Shown here: piece after piece, positions 1-8,698 of the stretch
Position numbering within the stretch: position 1 is the first letter of the stretch
How the letters are laid out: the number at the start of each line of letters is the position of its first letter
Source: Deltaproteobacteria bacterium
GTDB taxonomy: Bacteria > Desulfobacterota > Desulfobaccia > Desulfobaccales > 0-14-0-80-60-11
Direction: 5' to 3'
Assembly (NCBI GenBank): GCA_030655955.1
Contig: JAUSOZ010000015.1
Span: 1,669-65,668 of the forward strand
Length of the DNA: 64,000 nucleotides
Program-made: the position numbers and the translations under genes
Notes under the pieces: generated by a model
Database searches by the model: none
Seen by the model: only the letters and a program-made list of their open reading frames with translations
Told to the model about the DNA's origin: nothing

Positions 1-804
1 GCGATCTGCCGCAAGGTCCTGCCCCAGGAAAAGTCCCTGAAATATGGCCTGCTCATCCACTCCACCAACGTCCTGAATGATTTTTATCCGATTTTCTGGG
101 GCTTCGGCGGCCAGGTCAACAATGACGACGGCCAGTTTGTCCTGTCCGACAAGCCCAACGCCGAGGCCTTCGTAGCGGCGCTCAAAGCGCTTATCGCCAT
201 GCAGGGGAGCATTATGCCGGGGCCCGGGGCGCTGAAACAATTCGACCCCGGGGGGAGCCTGCGGCAGGCTTTTTTCCAGGGCCAGACCCTGTTTATGATC
301 AACTGGAGCACCCGCATGAAAGACTTGGGCGATTTGATTGCCAAAGGGGGTGGCCAGCCCCCGGGGAGCCTCACCAGCTTCAGCCAGGTGGGAGTGGCCC
401 CCATCCCGGCCCAGGCGGGTCATCCGCACCGCTATTCCAACATCGGCTCTTTTGGCTGGGCCGTCAACCGCTTTTCCGTGACCGATCCGGTGGTCATCGA
501 GCATGCCAAGCAGTTTATCGGGGTGGTGGCCGGCGAGCAATTTCAGCTCCTGGCGGCGGAAACCATGGGGCAGGTGCCGTCCCTCGTTCGGGCCCTGAAA
601 AAGGTCACCAACAAAGAAGTGTTGCAGGTGTACAATGACACCTTTGCCCAGAAAGATATGGTAATGCGCCCCCGGCCCCATAGCCGCCGGATCAACAATG
701 TGTTGGAAAAAGTCCTGGATGAGGCCCTGAATGGCCGGCAAACCCCGGAGGCGGCCCTGGCTGGGGCGCTTGCGGAACTAAAAAAAGACCAAACTTCTGA
801 TTAA
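1..804 (+). CDS. Extracellular solute-binding protein (ABC family-1 type), 5' end outside window
   Basis: Frame 1 is open from base 1 to TAA at 802-804, so the 199..804 track ORF is only the Met-initiated tail. The sequence looks like the C-terminal lobe of a periplasmic sugar/solute-binding protein (FYPIFWGFGG, LFMINWS, C-terminal GRQTPEAALAGA). Confidence 0.65.
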   Translation, partial: AICRKVLPQEKSLKYGLLIHSTNVLNDFYPIFWGFGGQVNNDDGQFVLSDKPNAEAFVAALKALIAMQGSIMPGPGALKQFDPGGSLRQAFFQGQTLFMINWSTRMKDLGDLIAKGGGQPPGSLTSFSQVGVAPIPAQAGHPHRYSNIGSFGWAVNRFSVTDPVVIEHAKQFIGVVAGEQFQLLAAETMGQVPSLVRALKKVTNKEVLQVYNDTFAQKDMVMRPRPHSRRINNVLEKVLDEALNGRQTPEAALAGALAELKKDQTSD

Positions 805-2448
805 ATGAACACATCCGAGAACTTCATTCGCTATTCTCTACGGAACCGGCTATTCGTCCTGGCCGGGGCCACGTTCTTTTTATGCGCTTTGGTCATCCTG
901 CTGTTCTTTCCCCTACTTAACCTCACCCTGGAAGGGCTCCAGAACCGTACCATCAATTCCATGCAAGCAGCCGCCGAAGTGGAGGCCACCACCATCTCCC
1001 GGCTCCTGGTCCTGGAATTTTCGTCGCTCAAGGGGTTGTTGAAGGTGACGCCGGCATCGAATACTGAGACAGATCAGTGGATCAAAGATCTCTTGTGGGA
1101 GAAGGTCACTTTCAATGAAATCATCGAAGGGGTTGAGCTGATCCAGGGGCAGAAAGACGCCGAGGGCCGGCACCTGACCTACCTGTTTTATCGCCGGGAG
1201 GCCCCGGAACTGAAGCCCATGCCCGGCCCCCAAAAAATCATGAAGTCGTTTCAAGGCCTGGAAAAGGACCTCATCAACAGCATCACAACGCAGCAGCGGG
1301 TGGACAACACCATCCAGGAATCCGTCAATCGGGGTCCTAAAGCAGAAGGGGAGATGCTGCTGCGCTACATGCCGGTGCACGTGCTGCTGGCGGATGAGGG
1401 GGCAGTCTTCTGGGGCGTGGCCAAAATCGGCATCGACACCAACCGGATGCGCCAACTGCTGCTCATTCAGAGCCAGGAGCAGACCAATATCCGCTGGAAC
1501 ATCTGGGTGGAAATGATTCTGAGCCTGTTTATCTCCGGGGTCCTGGCCATGAGCCTCATCTACTTCTGGGTGCGGCACATCACCGAGCCTTTAAGGACCC
1601 TCAGCATGGTGACCGGGGCTTTGCAGGGCGCCAAACCTGAAGATTTCGATCTTTGGCTGGAGAACCTGAAACGGGTCGATGCCCAGGGACAGGCCGAGGT
1701 GGTGGTGATCCAGAAGGTTCTGGAACGCCTGGGTACGGCCGTGCCCAAACTGGGGCAGCGGCTCATTGACGGGGAAGCCCGGGCCTGTCTCGGGAAGGTG
1801 ATAGCCCGTGGGCTTCCGGTCTTTCAGGCCCGGCAGGCTCAATTGCAGGCTCTGGAGCAGGAACTGGGCCACGGAGAGGCCACCGGGCCGGCCCACCAGA
1901 CCCTGACCTTGGTACGGGCCAGAATTGATATGGTTTTTGACGATCTCTCCCACCTCTGGTCTGACCCCAAAGACCAGTGGGATCGCATTGATGTCACCCC
2001 CGGGTTGCAGCGAGCCTGGCGTCTGGCGACCATAGGGCTGCCGGCGGAGGTAACGCAGCACCAGGAGTTTGCGCCTCTGCCGCCGGTCTGGGGGTCAGAG
2101 GCCAAGTTGACCCTGGCCGGGCTCTATCTCCTGGCTTTTGCCGTGGATCTGGTTCCGCCGGCCGGGGAATTAGGTATTAAGGTGGAGACCAGCCCGGCGG
2201 GAGGGGTCCGTCTGACCGTCTGGGTTTCCGGAAACCCGCGCTCGGATGCGGAGTGTCAGGGGTGGTTAAATCCGTTCGGCGATCCGGGCCGGATTCAGGG
2301 AAGCCTGGGGCCGGCCCTGGCCGCGGCCATCGCCTCCCAGCACCGCGGTAGTCTCACGGTGGCGCCCCGGGAGTCCGGCGGCGCGGTCTTCTCCCTGGAA
2401 TTACCCCCTTTAGCGGCCTCACAGGAACCTCATGAACCGGTTATTTAG
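805..2448 (+). CDS. HAMP-containing sensor histidine-kinase-like protein with degenerate ATP-binding boxes
   Basis: ATG at 805 directly abuts the upstream stop. Two TM segments bracket a ~190-aa periplasmic region. These are followed by a HAMP-like segment (ITEPLRTLSMVTGAL), a helix with a single His (DDLSHLWS) and a C-terminal GHKL-like fold ending SGGAVFSLELP. N/G1/G2 box positions read LLAFAVD / VSGNP / GSLGPAL. Confidence 0.6.
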   Translation: MNTSENFIRYSLRNRLFVLAGATFFLCALVILLFFPLLNLTLEGLQNRTINSMQAAAEVEATTISRLLVLEFSSLKGLLKVTPASNTETDQWIKDLLWEKVTFNEIIEGVELIQGQKDAEGRHLTYLFYRREAPELKPMPGPQKIMKSFQGLEKDLINSITTQQRVDNTIQESVNRGPKAEGEMLLRYMPVHVLLADEGAVFWGVAKIGIDTNRMRQLLLIQSQEQTNIRWNIWVEMILSLFISGVLAMSLIYFWVRHITEPLRTLSMVTGALQGAKPEDFDLWLENLKRVDAQGQAEVVVIQKVLERLGTAVPKLGQRLIDGEARACLGKVIARGLPVFQARQAQLQALEQELGHGEATGPAHQTLTLVRARIDMVFDDLSHLWSDPKDQWDRIDVTPGLQRAWRLATIGLPAEVTQHQEFAPLPPVWGSEAKLTLAGLYLLAFAVDLVPPAGELGIKVETSPAGGVRLTVWVSGNPRSDAECQGWLNPFGDPGRIQGSLGPALAAAIASQHRGSLTVAPRESGGAVFSLELPPLAASQEPHEPVI

Positions 2449-3247
2449 GCTGGTAAGGGTCCTGGGCGGCCTCCTGGGGCAGGCCTGGGGTAATTTCGTC
2501 GCCCGGCTGTCCCGATTGCTCGACATCTGCGCCATGTTCCATCGCCTCTTCATAGGAGCCTTCATCGGTCCCCCCTGCATAGGCCTGTTCTTCCGGGAAC
2601 TGAGCCGGCAGGTGTATTTCACCGCTATCCGGCGGGCCTATATCCTGGTCTTTACGTCCCTCATACTGGGCATGCTGGTGATCGTCAACGCCACCCAGCA
2701 GTTGGTCAAGCTCCAGGGACAGGAATTCATCGGCTGGCTGCTGGTCACCATCGTGGTGCGGGAGGTGGGGCCGGTGTGGGCGGCGTTTTTCGTCCTGCTC
2801 AATTCCGGCGCCGCCATCACCGTGGAAATCGGCAACATGTCGGTAAACCAGGAGATCCGGGCCTTGAGTATGATGGGCATCGACCCCTATCGTTACCTGG
2901 GGGTGCCGCGTTTCTGGGGGATGACCATCAGCCTGATGTGCCTCTATATCCTCTGCGTGTTTACCGCCGTCATCGGGGGGTATCTCTTTGCCCAGGCGTT
3001 TGCCGAGATCTTCTGGGCCAAGTTCTGGCTGTCGTTCGTCAATGCCTTCCAAATGACTGACCTGGCCGTGGGTTTTGCCAAGACCACGCTCTTTGCCATG
3101 CTCATTGCCACCGTGTCCCTCTATTTCGGCTTCAGTTGCCGCACTAACGTGGACGAGGTGGCGCGCAATACCTCCGAAGCGGCCATCTGGAGCCTGGTGC
3201 TTATTGGGGCCACGAACATCATCCTGACTGCGGCTTATTACCTGTGA
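2432..3247 (+). CDS. MlaE/Ttg2B-family ABC transporter permease
   Basis: Family-typical core VREVGPVWAAFFVLLNSGAAITVEIGNMSVNQEIRALSMMGIDPYRYLGVPRF with multiple TM helices. The start overlaps the upstream gene end by 17 nt. Confidence 0.8.
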   Translation: MNRLFRLVRVLGGLLGQAWGNFVARLSRLLDICAMFHRLFIGAFIGPPCIGLFFRELSRQVYFTAIRRAYILVFTSLILGMLVIVNATQQLVKLQGQEFIGWLLVTIVVREVGPVWAAFFVLLNSGAAITVEIGNMSVNQEIRALSMMGIDPYRYLGVPRFWGMTISLMCLYILCVFTAVIGGYLFAQAFAEIFWAKFWLSFVNAFQMTDLAVGFAKTTLFAMLIATVSLYFGFSCRTNVDEVARNTSEAAIWSLVLIGATNIILTAAYYL

Positions 3248-3257
3248 GCCCCCCCGG

Positions 3258-4007
3258 TTGGGGCCGCCGCCAAGCGTAACGGTATCTATGCTGCACCATG
3301 CCTTGAATCTGGATATGGTCACCCTGCCGGGAGATAGCTCCTGGCCCGCGCCCCTGTCCCTGGCGGTGGCGTTCAACGAGGTTGTGCTCATCGAAGGGGC
3401 CGGCCTGGCCGTGAGTTCGCCCCTGCTGGAAGTGGCGTCCACGCTCGCCGCCCCGGTGGCGGGCCACGTCCGCCATTGGGGCCGGGACGCGGCAACGCGG
3501 CGCCGGGAAAAGCTCTTTCGCCTCCGGCGCCGCATCGCCTATATCTCGCCCCAGCAGGTGCTGCTGCACCTCATGAGCCTCGCCGAGAATATCGCCCTGG
3601 GTCCCTGTTATTACCAGGGATGCTCGGAAGCGGAGGCTTTAGGGCCCCACGCCGACTTGCTGGAGCAACTGGAACTTAAGGCCCATCTCACCCGGTACCC
3701 GACTCAGGTGTCCAACGCCATCTACGGCCGGGCCGTGTGGGCCCGGGAACTGGTAAAAGGGCCGGAGTTGATTCTGGCGGCAATCGAAGGCGAGTTCGCC
3801 ACCACCGCCGGGGCCGCCATGCTGGCCGGCGTCCTCCGGGAGTACCGGACCCGGTACGGAGCCGCCGTCCTGCTGCTGGGCGAATCCCTGGAAGCCTTTT
3901 ACCCCCTGGGGCATCGGCTCCTCTTGCTGGAGGCGGGGCAACTCCGCAAGCAGACCATCCTGGAACACCGGGCCCGTCCCCTGACGGCGTACCTGCATCT
4001 GGTATGA
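3258..4007 (+). CDS. ABC ATPase-like protein with Walker A, signature and Walker B all degenerate
   Basis: ABC-fold landmarks are present (RIAYISPQQ Q-loop region, ENIALGP). However, Walker A reads EGAGLAVSS (no GK[ST]), the signature reads VSNAI (not LSGGQ) and Walker B reads ELILAAIEG (Asp lost). The start could instead be the Met at 3288. Confidence 0.6.
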   Translation: MGPPPSVTVSMLHHALNLDMVTLPGDSSWPAPLSLAVAFNEVVLIEGAGLAVSSPLLEVASTLAAPVAGHVRHWGRDAATRRREKLFRLRRRIAYISPQQVLLHLMSLAENIALGPCYYQGCSEAEALGPHADLLEQLELKAHLTRYPTQVSNAIYGRAVWARELVKGPELILAAIEGEFATTAGAAMLAGVLREYRTRYGAAVLLLGESLEAFYPLGHRLLLLEAGQLRKQTILEHRARPLTAYLHLV

Positions 4008-4138
4008 CCGAGATGGCGGCAAAAGGGCCGGGAGAGATTGGGATTTAAGGAGAGATTGAGACGTAAAAGGAGTGCTTGGGGGGGAGGAGGTAAGGGCGGA
4101 GGCCTGTTGCCCCCGCCCACCCGGAAAGCGGTTAGCGG

Positions 4139-5203
4139 TTAAAGGACGGCGGTTCCGGCTATTTTGGCCGCGGTCTCGGCCCGCTTGGCCTTCCACATGG
4201 CGCCCAGGATGATCAAGGCGCCAAAGCCCAGGGCGCCGCACATGATGAGAAAGCTGGCAGTGCCCAGGATCGACAGAGTGCTGTCACTCATGGAGATGAG
4301 CTTCAATTCGGTGAGATATCTCGGCACGGCCAGGCCCCGGCTCACCGCCACGATGAGCATGATGCTGCCCATGACGACCTTGACCATGTGTTCTTTGACG
4401 TAGGTGGTGCCGATGGCCCCCAGTTGCACCCCAAAAAGGGACCCGGCCAGAATGATCAGGGTCAGGCGGATGTCTACCTGGCCGTGCATGGCCCACTTGA
4501 TGGTGCCGAAGAAACCCATGACGAAGGCGATGACCAGTTCCGTGGCCGAGGACACCAGGCCTCCGGCCCCCACCACATAGATCATACCGGGCACCCCAAT
4601 GAAGCCGCCTACCGCGATGGTGGCCGCCAGCATGCCGGTAGCGAAACCCACGGGGATGGTGAACCACATGGAGATGCGCACGTTGGCGGTCTTGAAGTGC
4701 ATCATGGGGGGCAGATTGATGGACTGCAGCCATAGGGCTAGGGCGCAAGTCTTTTCCTCACTGCCGGACTTGCCGGTCTTCATGGCGTCATAGAAGACAT
4801 AGCCGCCCACCACCACCAGGATGACCACGAAGGAGGCGCTGACATAGAGGTTGGAGCCGGACTGGCCCCATTTGGCCAGGATCATCTCCTGGATCTGGAT
4901 GCCCACCCACACCCCGATGCCGGCGGAGGCCGCCATGACCAGGCCCAGCTTAATGTCAACCTGGCCGTACTTCCAGCGCTTGTACGCCCCTACCATGGCC
5001 TTGGGGAACTTGTGGCACATGTTGCTGGCCACGGCCACGGTCCCGGGGACCCCCAGACTCATCATCCCCGGGGTCAGGACAAAGGCGCCGCCGGAGCCGA
5101 TGAAGCCGCTCACCAGGCCGCCGATGAATCCTACGACAAACAGAAAAAGTATGGACATTAAGGTTAAGTCGATAAAATTGACGCTGCTGGCGACATCCTG
5201 CAT
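4139..5203 (-). CDS. TauE/SafE-family anion exporter membrane protein
   Basis: Two internal repeats with GxxGGxxSGxxGxGGxxxxxP-like motifs (GFIGGLVSGFIGSGGAFVLTP; GMLAATIAVGGFIGVPGM), ~8 TM helices, and RBS GGGAGGAAG upstream of the ATG. Confidence 0.8.
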   Translation of the reverse strand: MQDVASSVNFIDLTLMSILFLFVVGFIGGLVSGFIGSGGAFVLTPGMMSLGVPGTVAVASNMCHKFPKAMVGAYKRWKYGQVDIKLGLVMAASAGIGVWVGIQIQEMILAKWGQSGSNLYVSASFVVILVVVGGYVFYDAMKTGKSGSEEKTCALALWLQSINLPPMMHFKTANVRISMWFTIPVGFATGMLAATIAVGGFIGVPGMIYVVGAGGLVSSATELVIAFVMGFFGTIKWAMHGQVDIRLTLIILAGSLFGVQLGAIGTTYVKEHMVKVVMGSIMLIVAVSRGLAVPRYLTELKLISMSDSTLSILGTASFLIMCGALGFGALIILGAMWKAKRAETAAKIAGTAVL

Positions 5204-5359
5204 TGAGGCTTCCTCCCTATGGTCAATCCCAGTTTTGCGGTGGTCTTGTGGTTATGAATTAAATCCTGAGCGGGGTTCCCGCCTCCCGCCCCCGGCCCCC
5301 CCGGGAGGGGAAGGGCTGGGGGCGGGAGTTGGAAATGTCTGGTCTCATCCGGGTATTAA

Positions 5360-6187
5360 TCAGGCATCCAGATGTAGCTGCGGGCGGGGACGCTTTCTCG
5401 GCGCCGGCCGCTTCGGGGCCACCCGAGGCTGCACCTTCTTGGCGGCTTCGATGCCCAGGAGCGACCACAGGTTAGAGGCAAAAGAGGCATGTACAAACGA
5501 GAAGGCGAACACCGTGACAATGGGCAACGCCGCAAAGATGCCGCCCTTGGTGAAATACTTCATGACGGTGGCTGAATTGGTAAACACTGCGGCATAGAGG
5601 GCCGCGGAAGCCAGCCCTAAACCAATGGTCCTGGTGATCAACTTCCCCCGGTTCGCCGTTTCATGATGTTCTTGAGCCATAACCTTTTCTCCTTGATATC
5701 CTGAGATGCTGAAGACGGGGAGAGGAATCTCCCCCGTGATTTCCTGGTCCTTGATGCCGGAATCGGTGATGACGAAGTCGATGCGCTTGACTTCGTGGTT
5801 CAGGTCCTTGATGGCCCCGGCCAAACCCTCAAATTTCACCACGTGCTCGCTCTTGATGCCCTGGCTGGCCAACTCGGAGGCCACCGGCACCCAGGCTTCT
5901 TGGGCCCGCTGGGTAAACTTTCCCCGCAGGTGTTGATTGTAGGGGGAAAAGAACTTGCCCGAAGTACTCAGGGCCGGATTGACGCTCATGGCGATAATGT
6001 CATACCCCAATCGCTGGGAGAGGTTAGCGGCATAATCGACCACCCCGTTACTGAAGGCGTAATCCTTGCCCACCACCAGGATTTTCCGCTTGACTTCCTG
6101 GCTGGGGTTGGAGGTGGTGCCAATGCTGCCGGAGCTTTCGTCCACTGCCTTCCTGCCTTTGCCTTTTTGGTCGCTAACATTCTTCAT
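5360..6187 (-). CDS. USP-like (adenine-nucleotide alpha-hydrolase fold) domain protein with C-terminal 2-TM anchor
   Basis: N-terminal KILVVGKDYAFSNGVVDYAANLSQRLGYDIIAMSV ... VKRIDFVITDSG resembles a USP/ETFP fold. The C-terminus has two hydrophobic helices. Start chosen at MKNVSD (6187), preceded by GAGGGGAAGG. The track ORF extends to 6274. Confidence 0.5.
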   Translation of the reverse strand: MKNVSDQKGKGRKAVDESSGSIGTTSNPSQEVKRKILVVGKDYAFSNGVVDYAANLSQRLGYDIIAMSVNPALSTSGKFFSPYNQHLRGKFTQRAQEAWVPVASELASQGIKSEHVVKFEGLAGAIKDLNHEVKRIDFVITDSGIKDQEITGEIPLPVFSISGYQGEKVMAQEHHETANRGKLITRTIGLGLASAALYAAVFTNSATVMKYFTKGGIFAALPIVTVFAFSFVHASFASNLWSLLGIEAAKKVQPRVAPKRPAPRKRPRPQLHLDA

Positions 6188-6350
6188 GGCTTTTGCCTTC
6201 CCCTCTGTTTCCTTCTGCCCACCTGGAAGCGGGGGGTTGATCTTGCCTTTATACCTATACAAGAACGGTGCCAAACTCGATGGCTTTTATATATAATTGA
6301 TTTTACTACAATATTATGATTTTCCCGGTTTATCCCCGGATATTCCCAGC

Positions 6351-6464
6351 ATTGCACTCTGCAACAGTTTTGAACCTTACAATGTATTTAATAATATTTT
6401 CAATATGTTGCATATTATTGCAACACTGGCGCCCAAAGATTGCAAAATGCAACACCAGGCGCCC
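6351..6464. promoter_or_regulatory. AT-rich divergent control region with repeated ATTGCA..TGCAACA boxes
   Basis: Three boxes: attgcactctgcaacag (6351-6367), gttgcatattattgcaacac (6407-6426) and attgcaaaatgcaacacc (6439-6456). The last two extend into a direct repeat TGCAACACYRGGCGCCCA (6418-6435 and 6447-6464, 29-bp period). Confidence 0.35.
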
Positions 6465-6594
6465 AGACCCGAAGTAGCTAATTTTTTCTGAGGAAAATCA
6501 AAAAATTAATCAATCTCGCCCGCCAGCAATGCATTGCTGTTAAAAGGATTTTTTTTTATACTGCTTTAGTTATGCGTCTTACCCAGAGAGGGTT

Positions 6595-8610
6595 ATGATT
6601 ATGGGTTTCTTTCGGAAGATGACTGAAGAAGAGCACCCCAAGCTGGCTCAGGAGCTGGTGGAACTGCGTGCCGCGGTGCAAAAAGCCCAACTGCCGGAGT
6701 CGGTGGCCGCCATTGCCGCCAAGGAGTTGGAGCGGCTGGACAAAACCGATGCCTCCGTGGCCGAGTACAGCATCGGCATCAACTACCTGGATTACCTGAT
6801 CTCCCTGCCCTGGAACCGCTTCACGGAAGATAACCTTGACCTCAAGAGGGCGGAGCGCATCCTGGAGTCCCAGCACTTTGGCCTCCATCATGTCAAAGAG
6901 CGCATCCTGGAGTTTCTGGCGGTCCGCACCCTGTGCAGTGTCCAGACCTCCCAGATCCTGGTGGTGGACGACGAGGAAATCGCCCGGACTAACCTGGAAT
7001 ATATCCTGAGAAAAGAAGGCCACCAGGTGACCACTGCGGCCAATGGCCTGGAAGCCCTGGAAAAGGTCAAGGCCCAGGAGTTCGACGTCGTTCTCACCGA
7101 TCTGAAGATGGAGAAGATGGACGGCATTCAGCTGCTGGAATCCGTCAAGCAGATCGCGCCCCATACTGAAATTGTCATGGTTACCGGTTACGCCACGGTG
7201 AGCTCCGCAGTCGACGCCCTGAAAAAGGGCGCGGCGCACTACTTATCCAAGCCCATCAAACTCGATGAGCTCAGGGCCACGGTGCGGGAAATCATCGACA
7301 AAAAGCGGCACGTGCAGATGAACCGAGGGCCCGTGCTGTGCTTCGCCGGGCCTCCCGGCACCGGCAAGACCTCCATCGGCCAGGCCATCGCCGAGGCCCT
7401 GGAACGCAAGTTCGTGCGCCTGTCCCTGGCAGGGCTTAGGGACGAGGCGGAGCTGCGGGGCCACCGCCGCACCTACGTGGGGGCCATGCCCGGGCGCATC
7501 ATCAACGAACTCAAGCGCCTGGAGGTCAAGAACCCCGTGTTCATGCTGGATGAAATCGACAAGATCGGCCAGGATTTTAGGGGCGACCCGGCCTCGGTGC
7601 TGCTGGAAATCCTGGATCCCCAGCAAAACTCTAAATTCGTCGACCACTACGTGGACGTGCCCTTTGACCTGTCCGGCGTCATGTTCATCACCACCGCCAA
7701 CGTGGTGGAGACCTTGCCCGCGCCCCTCCTGGACCGCCTGGAGGTCATCTATTTTCCCGGCTACACCGAGCAGGAAAAAATCCAGATCTCCCAGCACTTT
7801 CTCGTCCCCCGTCAACTCCGGGAACACGCCCTGGCGCACCTGGGAATCGAGTTTACCGATCCCGCGGTTGCCAAGGTCATCGGCGGCTACACCCGGGAGG
7901 CGGGTCTCCGCAACCTGGAGCGGGAAATTGCCATGGTCTGCCGCAAACTGGCCCGCATCTGCGTCCAGAGCAAGGGGACCTGCGCTCTCAGTATCGACGA
8001 AGAGTTGGTGGAGAAATTTCTCGGACCCCGAAAATTTACCCACGAAGTGGCGGAGGTCGGCAATCAGGTGGGGGTGACCACGGGTCTGGTCTGGACCGAA
8101 TTCGGCGGGGAAATCATCTTCGTGGAAGCCACTCGCATGCGGGGACACAAGCAGTTGATGCTCACCGGCTCCCTGGGCACCGTCTTGCAGGAATCAGCCC
8201 AGACCGCGCTGTCCTATATCCGCAGCCACGCCGAGGCCTTCGACCTGGACCCGGACTTCTTCACCGAGAGTGACATCCACATCCACCTGCCCTCCGGGGC
8301 CATCCCCAAAGAAGGGCCCTCCGCCGGGGTCACCATCGCCCTGGCCCTGCTCTCCTTGCTCACCGGACGGCCCGCCCGCCGGGACGTGGCCCTGACCGGC
8401 GAGCTGACCCTTTCCGGCCGCATCCTGCCGGTGAGCGGCATCAGAGAGAAGGTTCTGGCGGCCCAGCGGGCCGGGGTCAAGGTGGTGGTCTTCCCCAAAA
8501 AAAACGAAGTCGACATCGTCAACCTGGAAGATCAGGTCAAGGCGGGCTTGGAGATTGTCCTGGCCGAGGCCATTGAACCCCTGGTGGACCTGGTGCTGCT
8601 GCCTAAATGA
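6595..8610 (+). CDS. lon: Lon-family ATP-dependent protease lacking the LON N-domain and carrying an inserted response-regulator receiver domain
   Basis: aa 1-110 align to the Lon helical linker (LISLPWN, HFGLHHVKERILEFLAV). aa 121-236 form a complete REC domain (VVDDEE, LTD169LKM, MVTGY, LSKP). These are followed by Walker A GPPGTGKT, Walker B FMLDEIDK, and the protease Ser (PKEGPSAGVT) and Lys (GIREKVLAA). The ATG at 6601 has better RBS spacing (GAGAGGG) than 6595. Confidence 0.9.
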   Translation: MIMGFFRKMTEEEHPKLAQELVELRAAVQKAQLPESVAAIAAKELERLDKTDASVAEYSIGINYLDYLISLPWNRFTEDNLDLKRAERILESQHFGLHHVKERILEFLAVRTLCSVQTSQILVVDDEEIARTNLEYILRKEGHQVTTAANGLEALEKVKAQEFDVVLTDLKMEKMDGIQLLESVKQIAPHTEIVMVTGYATVSSAVDALKKGAAHYLSKPIKLDELRATVREIIDKKRHVQMNRGPVLCFAGPPGTGKTSIGQAIAEALERKFVRLSLAGLRDEAELRGHRRTYVGAMPGRIINELKRLEVKNPVFMLDEIDKIGQDFRGDPASVLLEILDPQQNSKFVDHYVDVPFDLSGVMFITTANVVETLPAPLLDRLEVIYFPGYTEQEKIQISQHFLVPRQLREHALAHLGIEFTDPAVAKVIGGYTREAGLRNLEREIAMVCRKLARICVQSKGTCALSIDEELVEKFLGPRKFTHEVAEVGNQVGVTTGLVWTEFGGEIIFVEATRMRGHKQLMLTGSLGTVLQESAQTALSYIRSHAEAFDLDPDFFTESDIHIHLPSGAIPKEGPSAGVTIALALLSLLTGRPARRDVALTGELTLSGRILPVSGIREKVLAAQRAGVKVVVFPKKNEVDIVNLEDQVKAGLEIVLAEAIEPLVDLVLLPK

Positions 8611-8698
8611 GGCCATACTGAGGGAGGGGTGTCTTACCTTTGGAGCGGCAAAGATTGGTGACTGGGTAAAAATACCGTAACCGCAGAGAGAGGGGTCT

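Noticed and set aside
2441-3535. 364-aa minus-strand ORF
   Set aside because: It is antisense to the MlaE-like permease and the ATPase-like gene, and has an Arg/Gly/Pro/Asp-rich low-complexity translation.
6424-6445. Possible sigma-54 promoter (cTGGCGCccaaagaTTGCAa) upstream of REC-Lon
   Set aside because: The GG-to-GC spacing is 14 nt rather than the canonical 12, and no enhancer-binding-protein gene is adjacent. It is more economically explained as part of the TGCAACA repeat boxes.
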